In this document: positions 37,531-51,469 of the stretch, one piece after another | How positions within the stretch are numbered: position 1 is the first letter of the stretch | Layout: the number at the start of each line of letters is the position of its first letter | Source of the DNA: Psammoneis japonica | Taxonomy: Eukaryota | Assembly (NCBI GenBank): GCA_008632985.1 | Contig: QPGO01000021.1 | Span: 372,001-436,000 of the forward strand | Direction: 5' to 3' | Length of the DNA: 64,000 nt | The notes under the pieces: generated by a model | What the model was told of the DNA's origin: nothing | The model's input: the letters and a program-made list of their open reading frames with translations, nothing else | Database searches by the model: none | Made by a program: the position numbers and the translations under genes

Positions 37531-40250
37531 ATGACGACCGCTCAAGGGAACCAACGCATTATTCCGCTGGAGGAGGGATGGCAGAAAATCAAGGATAAGG
37601 TGAGAACGCATTGACAACATCGTCAAGAGGACAGCGTTGAGTCGGGAGCTGAGTTGTACGTGCGGTCCAGTACTGATTCTACGTGTACAGACCGAAGATA
37701 TTCGCGATACATGCTGAAAAAGCACGACAATGACGATCCAGGCAGCACAGCTCCGTCACTACTGGAGAGAATCCAGCCATACCCGCTGGATCGGTGCTTT
37801 CGAATGCCGCTTAAAATCCCTGCAGTGAAAAAGAGCGTGGAATACCGATTATTTGATGTGCACGGACGTGTACGCAAACTCACGCTGTTGTTTTCCCGTT
37901 TCCATGTCAGGCGATTGATCGACTGGAGGTAATTCTGAGCGATGGAATGAAATCCGGCGAAACGAGTCTCTTTGGTCCCAAGGAATACGTCAATATATAT
38001 ACGTGAGTTTGTTGTAATTTTTCCCTAGTGTTAGCGAGACTTTTATTCGTGCTTACACGTGCCGCGTGTGAATGCAAAATCCATACAGACTTTGTTACGA
38101 CATGTGCACTCAGCGTTCACCGTACAATTGGTCCCGAGAACTTTACACACGACACGGGGAAACGATTGAGAAATACCTTCGTGATCCTGTGCTTCCCGCC
38201 TTGCAAGACAAGACGGGTCAGGGCGGAACGATTCTCCTCAAAGAAATGCAGGAACGATGGACGAACCACCAGCTCATGAACAAGTGGCTCAAGAAATTCT
38301 TTACCTATCTGGATCGTTACTATGTCAAGCACCACAGTCTTCCTACATTGAGTGAGGCTGGTCTTCGTACCTTTCGTACCGTCGTTTACGAAGAGATGAA
38401 GACCGACATGACGGAAGCGATTCTGGATCTCATCAATGACGAGCGGGAGGGGAAGATTGTGGACAAGACGCTCATCAAGAGCATTGTTGAGCTCTACGAG
38501 AGTATGGGTATGGGGTCGTTGGATGCTTACAATTCGGATCTAGAGGAGCACCTGCTCAACTCGACCCGGGAATATTATGCCAAGAAGCGTCAGGAATGGA
38601 TCGCGACAGACTCGACCCCCGACTACTTGGTCAAGGCCGAGGCTTCTCTCAAGGAGGAAAGCAACCGTATCGTTGACTACCTCAATGCATCGTCCGAGCC
38701 GAAAATTCTAAAGGTCTGTGAGGAGGAGCTCCTGGAAAAGGTGGAGACGCAGTTGTTGGAGAAGGAGGGATCCGGATGCCAGGTTTTGCTCGCCAATGAC
38801 AAGTCGGAAGACTTGCAGCGCATGTTTCGTCTATTTTCGCGGCTGGAGAACGGTCTCAACCCAATGGCGGATATTGTAGAAAAGTTCATTGCTGGACAGG
38901 GACACGAATGCATCAACCGACGACAGGCACGCTTGGATGGCGGTGAAAAGGACAAGAATGACGATCCAAAGTTTGTCAAGAGTCTCATTGCTCTCCATGA
39001 GAAATACTTTGGTGTCGTCAAGACGGACTTTTCGGGCCACTCACTCTTTCAAAAGGCTCTTAAGGATGCCTTTGTCGAGGTGATCAACAAGAATGTGGGT
39101 GCCCATACGAATGCCGAACTAATGTCGACCTTTTGCGACCGCGTCCTAAAGAGCGGTGGCGAGAAGCTTAGCGAGGCTGAAGTGGAGGAATCGCTCGACC
39201 ATATTGTCCAGCTTTTCTCTTACCTTACCGATAAGGATTTGTTTGCGGAGATTTACCGCAACCAACTCGCCAAGCGCTTGTTGAATCAGCGCTCTTCCGG
39301 TTCGGAGGTGGAGAAGATTATGATTGGAAAGCTCAAGATGCAATGCGGTACACACTTCACCTCCAAGATGGAGGGTATGCTTTCCGATCTTGCAGTGGGT
39401 AGCGATCAGCGCAGCGAGTTTGAGGAGCGAATGAAGCAGCACGATAGCAAGCTGGACTTTTCCGTGCAAGTATTGACCACGGGCTTTTGGCCATCGCAAA
39501 AGAGTCCGGAGGTTACGCTCACGCCTGAAATGACCTCGTGCATGGAGGTCTTCAAGGAGTGGCATGACAACAAACACCAAAAGCGAAAGCTTACTTGGAT
39601 GTTTTCCTTGGGCAACGCGTCAGTCCGAGCGTTCTTTGGCAAGAAGTCGTATGATCTCCAGGTCACAACTTTACAAGCGGTGGCATTGAACGCCTTTAAC
39701 GGCGGGAAGAAAATGACTTTTGATGAGTTGGCCGAGCAGCTCAACTTGGAACACTCTATTCTCAAGCCCCTCATGCACTCCTTGTCGTGTGGTAAGTATA
39801 AGGTTCTTACCAAGACTCCTGCCTCGAACAAGATCAACACGACGGATTCCTTTTGCGCCAACCAAAAGTTCTCTTGCAACATGCGCAAGATTCGCATATC
39901 CATGGCCTCGCTCGATGCATCTCACAACACCAAGAGAGTAGAGGAGGACCGGTCGATTGCAATTGAGGCTGCCATTGTCCGTATCATGAAAGCGAGGAAG
40001 ACGTTGCAGCATCAACAGCTGATTGCGGAGGTCTTGTCCCAGCTTGCCTTTTTCAAGCCAAATCCTCGTGTTATCAAGCGTCGCATTGAGGCTCTCATTG
40101 ACCGAGAATACCTTGAGCGCAGCAAGGACAACACCAATGTGTACAATGTAAGTAAAGGCTGTGGGTTTTTGTCAGTATTCCGTCGTTTGGACGTCTAATG
40201 CTGACTACTGTGCTGCTTTTTCCTTCTTTTTTTTTCAGTACTTGGCCTAA
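37531..40250 (+). CDS. CUL1: Cullin-1; introns ~37600-37910, ~38003-38088, 40148-40238
   Basis: IPLEEGW, CYDMCTQRSPYNWS, FTYLDRYY, DKDLFAEIYRNQLAKRLL and the neddylation region IEAAIVRIMKARK. Last exon YLA*. Confidence 0.95.
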
Positions 40251-40468
40251 TCTTGCCAAGTCTTCGATATGAGATTGTCGCGGATATGCAGGGGATACTA
40301 ATATAATTTAGGGGATCGAAGACATATAGGCATGTTTGGTACATCTCCAGTGCCAACAAGAATCGTTTTCCTACCTGGACTTCGCATGTATGCTTTGTGT
40401 TGACTTAGTTATGCATGCTAAATTAGACATCACTTTACGTTCGCAACACTACACATAGCAGTACGAGC

Positions 40469-43400
40469 CTACCTCCTCTTGGCGTTTCGTTTCCATTTCG
40501 CTGGTAATTTCTCAAAAGTTACCCTTCCTCCTGATACTGCAGACGACGGGAACAGGTCGAGTAGTTCATGCTCGTCGAGGCAACTTTCTACCAGCTCAAC
40601 GAGAAAGCCATCAACTTGTCCGTCCTCACAGCACTGCCGAAACGTCGTTCCGATAATGGACGTTCTTTCTTTCCCCCGAGGCATTAGATTGCGACACGCC
40701 ATCAGGTATGTTCCATATGTAACACAAGTTGGTCGTCCATAATCTGACTCGCACAATTCACGAAATGACTCGTGGGCGATTCTCAACGCTTTTTCCTTAT
40801 TTTCTTTCCCACCCGAAGTGTGTACGCATGCCTTCAAACAAACGTTGAACGCCGGAGGACCAGGTTTGACACGAATCGTTCCAGCGTCATGCATGTCAAT
40901 CATTTTTTGCAGTAACTCCCTCGCACGGACAGCCTTTATGGACTGCCGAGAAGCAGCCCAAGCGTTCATAGCTAAGAAACGAGCACGAGGAGAATGAGTT
41001 AAGCACACGAACCAGGTCAAGAACTAACGATAAGGCGTGATGCAACACTTACCTGTAATGAACGGCATTTCATCTGGACGAAACGCCTCGTCCTTTTCCG
41101 TCTCGTACAGGTTTAGCATCATATCGAAAATTGCCTGCGCCTTCTCTCCGGATCGTGGGTTACGACTTCTGGACCAAGCGTTCATGACAACTCCCATGAG
41201 CTGAGCATTAGGTTTGGCTCCAGTATTTCCCTTTTTGTATTGAGAAAACGCATAGTACAGAATATCTTCGGCACGTTGAGCCGCGTTCTTGCGTCCACTT
41301 TTCGCGATTGCACCGATCAGCGCCACGAAACTGTAGTTGTTGGGCTGCGCTTCTTTGTTACCAGACTTAAAACTTTCGTTCATTCGATCAAACGTTTGTT
41401 CTGCCTTTGCGAGGGCGTTACGAGCACCACACTTTACCCATCTATAAACAAGAAACAAGCGAAAACCAAACACATGAGAGGAGAGAAAAGGAAGATTCGT
41501 GGATACACCAGTGCAACTACACGCACCCATTCATAACCACCGTGTATGTAATCACCGTCGGTCTTATATCATCCTTGCCATCTCGGTAGAGAACTTCCAT
41601 GCGTTTCAAAATAGCTTCGGCTTGTTTCATGCTCTCGATCGATCCCTGTCTCGTCCAGGCCTCAATCACTACATAGATTTTGCATAGATTTTGAAAAAGG
41701 GAGAGGGCTGAGATGCACCCCGGTTTACGGTCGCGAAAACAAGAAAACTGACAGGAAAAAGACAGCTTACCTGAATCGAAACAACGACTGTTAGGTTTCG
41801 CATCCCTATTTCCGGCTTTGTACGCTTCTTCCATTCGTTCAAAAATCCTTTCAGCATGGTGACCTGCATCTGGTAGCCCACTTTTCGCATATGCATTTAT
41901 GACTGTGAGTAGATAAAATAGAGTCAGATCGTCTCAAGAGTTATCATCTAGTCGTAGTTTGCTCCCGATTTACGTACCAGTTGAATAGCTGACAGTGTTG
42001 GGACTCACCCCTGTACTGTCCGATGACGCTTCCATTTGTTCAAGCAAACGCTCCGCCCGTTCTGCACCTCCCTTTTCTTGGCTTCTAGCGAATGCATCTA
42101 ATACAGCGTTGTACGTAAACAGGTTTGGCTTGAGATCGTCATACCCCTCTTCGCTTAAATCAATCATGCGCTGAAGGTAACCCTCTGCCTTGTAGGCGCT
42201 CCCCGGTGAACTCGATCTTGCTAAACAGCCAATCTGCGGCCGACAACGACAAACAAATTATAAGACAACGCCTGTTGTGTACGAGTAGGTCCCTCTAGAC
42301 CAAAACTTGCCTCAAAAAGTCACTCACCACACTAGTGTACACATAGGCAGTCGGTTCAACATCCAGGTTAGGATCATTGTTGTGAAGATCTTCCATTCTG
42401 ACAAATAAACGTTCAGCCTGTTCCGCAGCATCTTTTCGTCCGCTATTTCTCCAAGCATTTATAGCGGTGGTGTAAGAAATTGAATTTACCAATCCTTCAT
42501 TTTCCATTTTGTCGAGTAAGGCCTGGGCTTTATCAGGCGCTTCCCATGTTCTTGAATCAGCCCACGCTGCCAACACGGTGTTGTAGAAGTAATCGTCAGG
42601 CATGATGCCACGTTCACTAGCCCTCTCCAAGAGTTCTTGCGCACGCTTTGCAGCATCCGCCTCGCGGCTTGCAAGCCATGTGTTGGCAACACACGTGTAG
42701 CTGACAACATTAGGGTGCAAATCGCTCTCGCCATTGTCGTATTGTGTCTCGAGCGCAGAAAGAATCGCTTCTCCTCGGTCAGCTGCGCCCTTTTCTCCAC
42801 TCTTGGACCACGCATCTAAAACCCAATTGTATGTGGTAAGATTCGGAGCACAGTCATGAACTTCTCTGTTGAGATTATACTTTTGAATCATTTGCCCCAA
42901 CATCTCTTCAGCCTTTCTTGCGTTCCCATTCTTGGCATGCATGGCCAGAACTTCATTGTAGTTATTGACGCTGGGCTCCATTGTACCTTGTATGCGTTGG
43001 AACATTTCTTCGACCTTTTTGGTATTTCCTGCTTGTCTCCAGGCATTCAGAACAGCGCCATATGATATACAATTTGATTCCACCATTGGATGAACTGCGG
43101 CCAACTCGTCCATGCGGTCGAGTAATTTCTCTGCACGTCGTGCTCGATCTTTGTGCTTTGACTTCTTCCATGCATCAATGGCCTAGAGGTATGTTTCAAA
43201 TAGCAAGCCATTTGGTGTAATTGAAGCCAAATGGCGTGATCAACAGAAGAGCTGAGCATCAGACAAAGCGACAAAAGTTTACAAGCTTACACGCCTTGCC
43301 GGTACCTACCACTGTGAAATGCTTGCTACTGAGTGCTGCAAGGTCGTTGCCATGGAGATACTCTTCGTGCAGTCTTTCTATAATTTTCTCAACAACCAAA

Positions 43401-43747
43401 GCTCCAGACAAAGTTGATGTTTTTCGCCATGCGTGTAGCACCGAAGAAATTGAATCCAACACATCGACCGTCAAGGTGCCAGGCGGGTACGACACGCGAT
43501 CCAGCAGTATTTCTGTTGTTTCTGCCAAGGGAATGTCCGTGAATTGCTGGGATGTATCCAATAGCGTCATATCAATGACATTGCCATCAATTTCAGTCTC
43601 GGCAACTGCCGTAACTCCTGTTTGTGTGCTGCTCCGTGAAAACGTCTGGAGAACACGAGGAGGAACAAAAGCCGACGCGGTGGAATGTTTTGGCGCGCCA
43701 TTGGCAAAGCACAAGAAGACGGCCACAGACGCCCTGGTGAATATCAT
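40469..43747 (-). CDS. Pentatricopeptide-repeat (PPR) protein, multi-exon, probably organelle-targeted
   Basis: Repeated P(N/D)xx(S/T)Y(N/T)xV(L/I)xAW motifs across ORFs 40469-43113, an N-terminal signal with ASAFVP, and GT-AG introns. Confidence 0.9.
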
Positions 43748-44110
43748 TTCGTAGACTGGTCCTTTTTTTCACTCTGTTGTGAAACGCCTCTTTGCCCCTG
43801 GGCAAGTGTCGGCTCCGCATCTTCAATCTCTCATGTCTCACATGTTCGATGTTGAACATACAGTAGAGTACGTGCGTGAAAAACCCGGAAAAGATTTGCT
43901 CAAAAAATTGAATGACGTCATCGCGTCTGACTTCTGGCCTGGCTGCCAGCTGCACAACGTTCACAAAGCACAAAAAGGCAACCACAGACCCCCTGCGGTG
44001 AACATCATCTCATAGACTGGTCCTTTTTTCACTGCCGTGAAACGCCTCTTTGCTCCTGGTTCAAGGGCAAGCATTGGCTTGGCATCTCTGCCTCATGTCT
44101 CATGTTGACA
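43722..44110. repeat. Local duplication of the PPR gene's 5' end and upstream region (~43722-43850 copied at ~43982-44110)
   Basis: ccacagac...ggtgaa(t/c)atcat(t/c)tc(g/a)tagactggtcctttttt...gtgaaacgcctctttgc...ctcatgtctca occurs twice. Confidence 0.75.
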
Positions 44111-44799
44111 GAGTCGGAGCGGTGGGCTGGTGTGCCTCTGACCATCCTCTTTTCTTGTGCAACATCGGAGATGTGGCACCTGTGCCTGCTGGTGTGTGAC
44201 ACGAGCAATGTTGTGAGAATGTTGAGCTCAGTTGTTGTCACAAAAAGCAGCAATGTTTGACCCCACCTGAGTGGAGTCCTTCAAAAATCAACAGCACCAC
44301 ACTGGCTGGGGCTTTCTTTTTGACAGCTGCAACGTTGCTCATTTTCTGTGCAGACAAAGTTTGCAGCACACCACAGCAGCAAAACTTGCTGTTCAGCAAT
44401 CCAAGCTGTGCCCTCTTTCCCCATTCCTTCCTTTTCTCAGCATTGCACCTCATTGGTCTCACAGATGTTCCTCACCACAGATTGTTGTTGCAAAAAATGG
44501 CTCTCTCATGGCACGAGGATCTGCACACAGCATTCGAGCAAGTGCCACCACTGCTTTTGCCAGAGGGCTCATGTGTCTGGCCACCACAAAGCCAGTGGTT
44601 TGAAAGAACCCTCAATGGCAATTTGTGTTGTGAGTGGTGTGTGCTCACATTCTTCATGTTGTTCCTCCACAGACAATTGCACCCACAGTGTCTTGACACA
44701 AAAAGAGAAGGCAGCAGCAGCACCAGTGCCAAGCATTTTTTTGTCCAAAGGGTCTCCCAGGGAGTGAAGGACAAAACAGGTGTGACAACTTTGCAAGCA

Positions 44800-47250
44800 A
44801 AAGTTTGATGTCTAGAAATGAAGATTGTGCCACAACATCATTGTCCAGAGCCAATTTGAAAGGGATCTCCCAATGCTGGAAAGGTTGAGGAGATCAAGAG
44901 GGCGGTGGTGGCACCAGCCAAACATGGAAAATTTGAAATGACTGGTGAGCCAAAGTGTGGGGTGATGTGAGGGGGGGGTGCTCTTGGATTTGGCAGGGCT
45001 CATCTTTCATCTGACTGTGGCTGCACTGCAGTCATTTGCACCACATTTTGTGCCAAGTGTGGTCATGAGCAGCTGTGCTCACATGTGCTCCTCAGTGGGT
45101 GGATGCTGATGTGCAGCTGGAAACAAAACTTTTTTAGCCAATGTGTTTTTGCAGGCTGGACAAGCTGTGAGCCTCTCTGACAGCAGTGCACACTTGACCA
45201 GCTGCTTGCAAGAGACAAATTTGTGCCATGTGTGAGGTTGGAGCAGCAGCAAATTCTGGAAGTGGGTTGGCCAAGATCTTGCACTCAGCCTTGTTGTCTT
45301 TGCTCTCCCACACCATCAGGTGCAACAGCAGCAGTTTTTGCTGGCCTCACTCACACACACCGGATGCCCCAGCACCAGTGCTCACACATGAGAGCTCAGA
45401 TGATGAGCATCCTTCTTGTGGTGTGCATGTGACGTGTCGTGTTTTTGAACAACTGCATCAAACTGCTGTGTGGAAGCTGTGGGCCACATGTTTCAGGAAA
45501 AAGAGTGTGCAGATGACATGAGGCATGGGAGGATCAGGGAGATCTTAATGTGTTGCTGTCAAAAATTGGCAATGGTGTGTCCCTTGTGTCAAGAGAGGGG
45601 AAAGGAGTTGGCAGCTTGGCTTGTCAACAGGGCTGAACTGTGTCATCATGCAAGTTGCTTGGGCAGCACCAAGCAACTGGCCAGAGACTGACACCCTGCT
45701 TGCTCACTCATTTCTGACAATGGCAGTGCCCCCCCTTTGCAGAACAGGGTGCTTGATGAGTTTTTGAAAAGTGTGCACTTTCTGCATGGCAGCTTGAGTT
45801 TGGTGCAGTTGGTGCCCCAGGGAATTCTTGACAGATCTTCCAGTGAAGAGTGCCTCTCAGGCTTTCATGACAGCAGGATTTTTCTCATTGTTTCCACAAT
45901 TGATGGGCAAAACACAGTGCCCATGTCATGTGCATGTCCAAAAAATGTTGCAAGCAAAGCCACCTGCTGAAGTCAAGTGCCTCTCCCCCAGGGGTTGGTG
46001 CTGGTTTCCAGCAGGAGATCCCTGACCAGGCAACAACCAGCAGTTCATGAGCAGACTGGCAGCATCATGAGGCAGAAGTTGTGTGGCTGGCTCAAGACCA
46101 AGAGGTGGGCTGATCCAAAGATGACATTTTGAGAGTGACTTGATGGAAGTGTTGATGATGCACCCAGCACAAGAAAAAGAAGGATCTTGCCAAAGTGGTC
46201 AGAGGACTTTGACTCTCAAGGCACAATTTTGGGTCTAGCTGCCAGGGGCACAGAGCATTCAGGAGAGCTCAATGGCATTTTTCTGGCAACCAATTGTGGG
46301 TGAACTGTGCCATTGCCTTGCCAGATGGCTCTGTTGACCCCCGCCAGACTCAAGTTGCTGCAGAATGACAAGCAGCCTGGCTGGCTGCTTGGATGGCAGC
46401 TGCTGATCTTCCCAGTGTTCTTTTGTGTGACAAAAGTGCAGCAACAAGGAGCACATTGCTTGTGCAGATGCACGAGGAAACAAAAGTCATTTGTGAAAGA
46501 AAACAAGCTCAGCATGCTTGGCACCAGGGTCAGACATTGGTTGGCAACAACTTGGGTCACTGAGAAGAAAGCAGTGTTCAAAATCAAGACTGAGGCTCAG
46601 AAAGGTCTCATCTTTGCACTTGTGATGTCAAGATGGTTGGCATGGTGACAGACGGGTCAAGAAGGCCACAGCCCAGCAAAAAGCTGTGGGGCAACACAGG
46701 TGCTTGTGTGGTTAAATCAAGTGTGCAAAAAACAAGTCCAAAAGTCCACCAGGCAGCTTGAGCAGGAGCTGGCACAAAGCAGCACACCCCCATCATGTAA
46801 ATTGCAGCCCACCAGGAAGGCAAAACAAAAGTGAAAATGTTCCACAGCACAGTGAGCACAAACCACCATGGCAGCAAGCAATGAAAAGTGCTCTGGAGAG
46901 CATCCCTGTCTTGACCCGTACACCCACGGTTGTTGAGGGACAGAAGGATGGCCTTCAGGTCAAAACTCACAAAAAACACAGATGATGGTGATGATGATGG
47001 TTGATGAACACGACATGAATCTGAAGTTTGTGGCATGTTTTAAAGAGCAAGTGTGTTCAAACCCATCCTTGAACAATGGAAGCAGTGGAAACAGTGTGGG
47101 TTCATTGTCAAGCAGTTTGCATGGACAATGTGGGTGAGAGCATCAGAAATTGTGAGGACATCCTGAAGATGTGTCTTGTTGAAAGTGTGGCTCTCACTGT
47201 GATGTTCATCTTGCCAATTGCGAGCATCAGTTTCCTGCCATCACAGAGCT
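44800..47250 (-). mobile_element. Highly degenerate, probably Gypsy-type pol remnant within the TpA-depleted block ~43870-47600
   Basis: Weak minus-strand echoes of RNase H (IVHAN; LLAAMVVC...VEHF...LVG) and of the integrase C-terminus (IFHVWL), in Gypsy order. Confidence 0.35.
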
Positions 47251-48103
47251 TTGGACCATTTTTGCAAGGAGATTCCTGCTGTTTTGGCAGCCATGTGAGG
47301 GGCTCTGAGCTTGTTGACAACAAGGGTCAGCAGGGGAAAGGAAAGGAAAGGAAAGGAAGGGCTGAACAAGGAAGACACCAATTCACATGGTGAGTTTCAG
47401 AATCAGATTGGCAACCGACTCTCAAAGCTTGGCTGAAGGATGCCAAGTTGGCTTGTGATGATTGTGGGAGCTCTGGCACATGCCGTTTGAGGGAGTCAAT
47501 GATGAACAGATCGTGGCTTGTGGCAATGTTGTTGTGAATGGCCTGAGCACGATGAGCAAGTCCTGTTGACAGAGGAAACGATCAAGACATTTCAGCAACA
47601 TAGCGAGAAACTGCATGCTCAGGACATGCGGGCGATGGAGATTACCCGTGAAATTATTGATCATTTTAAAGGAAGTCTCCGTGATGATGATTGCAGGGGC
47701 AGTGATGAACAGTTTTCCATGTTCATGTCCCTCGCCCATGCGGCCGACATTTGTACCGCCTACCCACTCGGACGACGCAAAGCCAGCACAAAAAGAAACG
47801 AGTTATGGTGCGGATACTTCTGCCTTTGGAAATCTATTCATGATAAGCTTCTATGCTGCAGTGAAAAGTCTCAACACGGAACACGGCACGGCCGGTTATG
47901 GCGTTGTTGTTTGACCGGTACGATTTGTGCGAAAGTGTCGGAGGAAAATACGAGCATCTTCTTTGTCGACTGAGTACAAGCATGATAAACCGAAGATGTA
48001 GATGTGAGAGAAATTGGTCGGTTATAGGGATTTGAAGCTACGTGTCATGAAAGAGATCAAACCCATGCACAGAGGAAGATACAAAAGTTGAGAGCTCTCC
48101 TAT

Positions 48104-49697
48104 TCAATGGTGATGATCATCCTTGATGCCAAAGTGTTCCATGGCTGAATGAATGGCGCAATCATACAAGTGCAGTTCCGACGTGTCCAAATGACCCGCA
48201 GGATTTGCAGTCGAGTCACACAACGACTCGTACACTGGTTTATCTGCAAGCTTCTGGGCGAACTCGTCCTTGGCGTCTTTAAGAACGCGAGGATCGGTCA
48301 ACAATTCGACCGCAGTTGCCGCCATGGACTTCGCACAAGCAATCGTTCCCTTCTTGCCGATGCTCATGCCGTGACAAGCAGTGCAACCCCACTGGTGAGG
48401 CGGGATACCAAGCGGCCAGGTCGCGTATACGCAGCCCATGGTGGGAACCTGCCAGCTGACGTCGCCGACATCGGACGAGCCCCCGACCTCTACGTTCTTT
48501 GGAACGGGTAGGATATCCGTGGCCATGCCAAGCTCGGGCTTACCCATTTCTTTCTGGATGGATTTGGCATAGGCATGCTCCTCGTCGGTCCATTGGATAG
48601 GGAAGTAGTCCTTCATGTGTTTGTCCATAAGCTCAGCGAGGCTGTTGTTCGGCAATAAGTCGTAGATTCCGCCAAGGTTGTTGATAACCTCAGTGGTCTG
48701 TGTTGCCAGGGCAGCTCCCTTGGCCATGTCTTTCAACCACGCCTTGTGTTTTTTGACGTTTGCGGCAGAAGGTCCTCGATAGCGAACAAGTACTTTGGCA
48801 TAATCCGGAACCACATTGACCGCCTTTCCTCCCTCGATGATCTGATAATGGAGCCTTGCCGTGGGCACCATTTGCTCACGCATCATGTTGGCTGCCACAA
48901 GAAAGATCTCAGCCGCATGCAGAGCACTACGACCTTCCCAGGGAGCAACACCAGCATGGGCTGTGACTCCTTTCCACTCAATGATCAGGTCAATCGACGC
49001 GGTGGAGTGGAAGTTGCAAGCCGAATTGACAGGACCTGGATGATTGTGAAGGCACACGTCAAGACTGGAAAAAGCACCACATGCTGCCATGTAGTTCTTG
49101 CCGTTAAGCATTTCTTCGGCAGGGCAGCCAATTACCTTGATGGTTCCGGCGATTTTTTCCGTGGCCATGTAGTTCTTGACGGCAATGGAAGCGCCAAGGG
49201 ACGAGGAGCAGATAAGATTATGACCGCAACCATGTCCACTCGTATTGCCATTCTTTGCGGGGGTATGTGTAGGTTGAGTGTCGTTTCCCAGCCCTGGCAG
49301 AGCGTCAAACTCGATTAAGAAGCCAACGGTTGGCGAGCCGCTTCCATACGAGGCGATCCAGGCAGTGTCCATGCCGCCGATACCCTTGTCGGTGATCTTG
49401 AAGCCTTCCTTCTCCAACGCTTCACATGCGTAGGATGAGCTCTTGAACTCCTTGTATCCGAGCTGTTAAGAGCGTGGGAAAAGAGATTTTCAATAAAACA
49501 GCAAGACTCAACAAACAAAACACTCGTCATGCCAACAAGGTAACGCCAAACGACGAATGAATGATGGACGGTCGATGAACATCTTTCCCTTCGTGCTTCG
49601 TTCTCACCTCTGCATACTCCCATACGCTCTTCGCCACGTCCCAAATGGTTTCGGCGGCGTTGTCAACTTCAGCTGATACCTTGGTGTAGTCCGTCAT
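48104..49697 (-). CDS. M20 amidohydrolase, AbgB-like (p-aminobenzoyl-glutamate hydrolase subunit B family); intron ~49463-49607
   Basis: Exon 1 MTDYTK...IWDVAKSVWEYAE joins LGYKEFKSS. Motifs EFDALPGL, GHGCGHNL, GCPAEE, HAGVAPWEGRSAL and GSSDVGDVSW. Confidence 0.9.
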
Positions 49698-50399
49698 CGT
49701 GCAGAAGATTATGGTAGAGATGTAAAAGATTCAGACAAGAATGAGAAGAGGAAAGTTCTGGCGAAGCATACAGTAACCAGAGAAAAAGAAGAAAGATATC
49801 TTTTTAGTACAGTGCATACAGTGCCGGCAGCAGAGACCTAAAGATCCGACGTCATCATTCTAAAAGGAAGTCCTCGTACGAGTAAAAGTACGTAGGGCCC
49901 TCTAGACAAGCTGTGCCATTCTTCTGCCAGAAAGTTGTCAACACATGGCAGCATTCTGAGTTCTCAGTCGCCACTTCTTTTAGCTCGAACTCGGCCAAAT
50001 AGCTCGTGATTTGCATGATTTTTTTTTGAATTTCACCGTGCTTCACCAGCTTAAAAACAGCAAGCCACAAGTCTGTGATGGAGGTGCTGGTCCATCTGCC
50101 AACTCTCATCTGTCTCATGTTTGTTGTGTGTCAAAGAGGCCACACGTGCACCAAATGTTTGTGGACAGACCGCTGCGTTTTGGAGAAATGTCAAGATTGC
50201 CGTCATCGCAATGGGGCCTGACAGTCTCATTTTCGTGCACGATTGGGTGTGAACATGAGTGGTTTTTGCATTCAAAAATGGACACCATCAAAAATCTTGT
50301 TCAAATGCCTTGGCAATTTGGGTGAGAACATGGGGGCAGCTGCCTTGGCAAGAATTGATTGACTCCTCTGTCATGCACATCTGCCTGACACTCAATTGA

Positions 50400-51200
50400 G
50401 GCAGGCAGTTGCTGCCTGGGGTGCTTGATTGGTCCTCACTCTGTCATTCAATGCTGACCAGCAAATGAAGCCCTTGAAGCAGCTTGAATTTCTGGGGGCA
50501 GGTGCTCCATTGTCATGCAAAAAATTCTCGCTCGAACAAAACTCTTGAAATCAACTTGCTCAGCACTGCTCCCCTGCAACAAAATGGTTTCTTGCTCAGC
50601 ACTTAAAATTTGTCTGAGTTGAAAGCTGGGCCATTCAAGCTCAGCTGACACATCACTCTTCAACATCAACAAATGCAGCAGGAACTGCTGGCCTCACCAC
50701 ATGTCATGACAGCTCCTTTGGCGCGCCAATCTTCTGTGACAAAAGATTTAAGAGTGCGCCTTCCATCACATCAAAGTCTTCCAACTTAAATGCCGGCAGT
50801 GAACTGACCGTCACATCTGATTCCACCATGTCTTTTTCAACGCGCTTTCTCTGACAGGATTCTGCCAATGCCACTTGATTGAATTCTGCCATGTCCAAAA
50901 GGAGATTGTGCTTCTGATGATCATGAAGCTGCCATGCCAGGGCTTGTGTGCTCATAATTTGCACATTGCCAAGCACTGCTCTTCCATCCTGTGTGCCATG
51001 TCGACTGGCTCCACTTGCCAGTTCCTCTGAGTCCGAGTTGCCTTCCATGACTGCAACATTTTTCAAAGTTGTGAACCCATCATAAAATGCCAGATGAGCT
51101 CTTGCATTGACATTGGCAATGCCACATGTCTGCAACACATTGTCAACATCTGCTGCGAGTGCTGACATCACCAAAGCCTGAGCTGGTGCTGCTGCCATGC
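50400..51200 (-). mobile_element. Degenerate Ty1/Copia (CoDi-like) gag fragment
   Basis: VLQTCGI...DGFTTL...GRAVLGNVQI...QALAW.L.DHQK...RKRVEK...EDFDVMEGALLNLLSQ resembles the diatom Copia gag N-terminus as I recall it. Confidence 0.6.
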
Positions 51201-51469
51201 TTCCTGTGATGTGAGGATGACAACATGTTGTCCACCATGGATGAACAATGTGACTGTGAGACTCACACAATGGGTGTGGAAAGGAGACTGAATGCTCCAC
51301 GAGAACCATGGAAACAGGTCCACATGGTCAACCGGCAATGAGAGGCCACCCCGCGCCATTTTGTCTGAATGAGCAAATGCTCTGGGCACGAATTAGAGAA
51401 ATGCCAGGCAATGTTGAAGAAGGCAATGGAAGAAGGTTCAAGCAGAGATTTTACTTCACCCAGCTGCAT

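Noticed and set aside
47440..47973. ORF fragments at the right edge of a mutated block
   Set aside because: No recognisable domain and inconsistent frames. It may be a decayed gene, but I cannot support a call.
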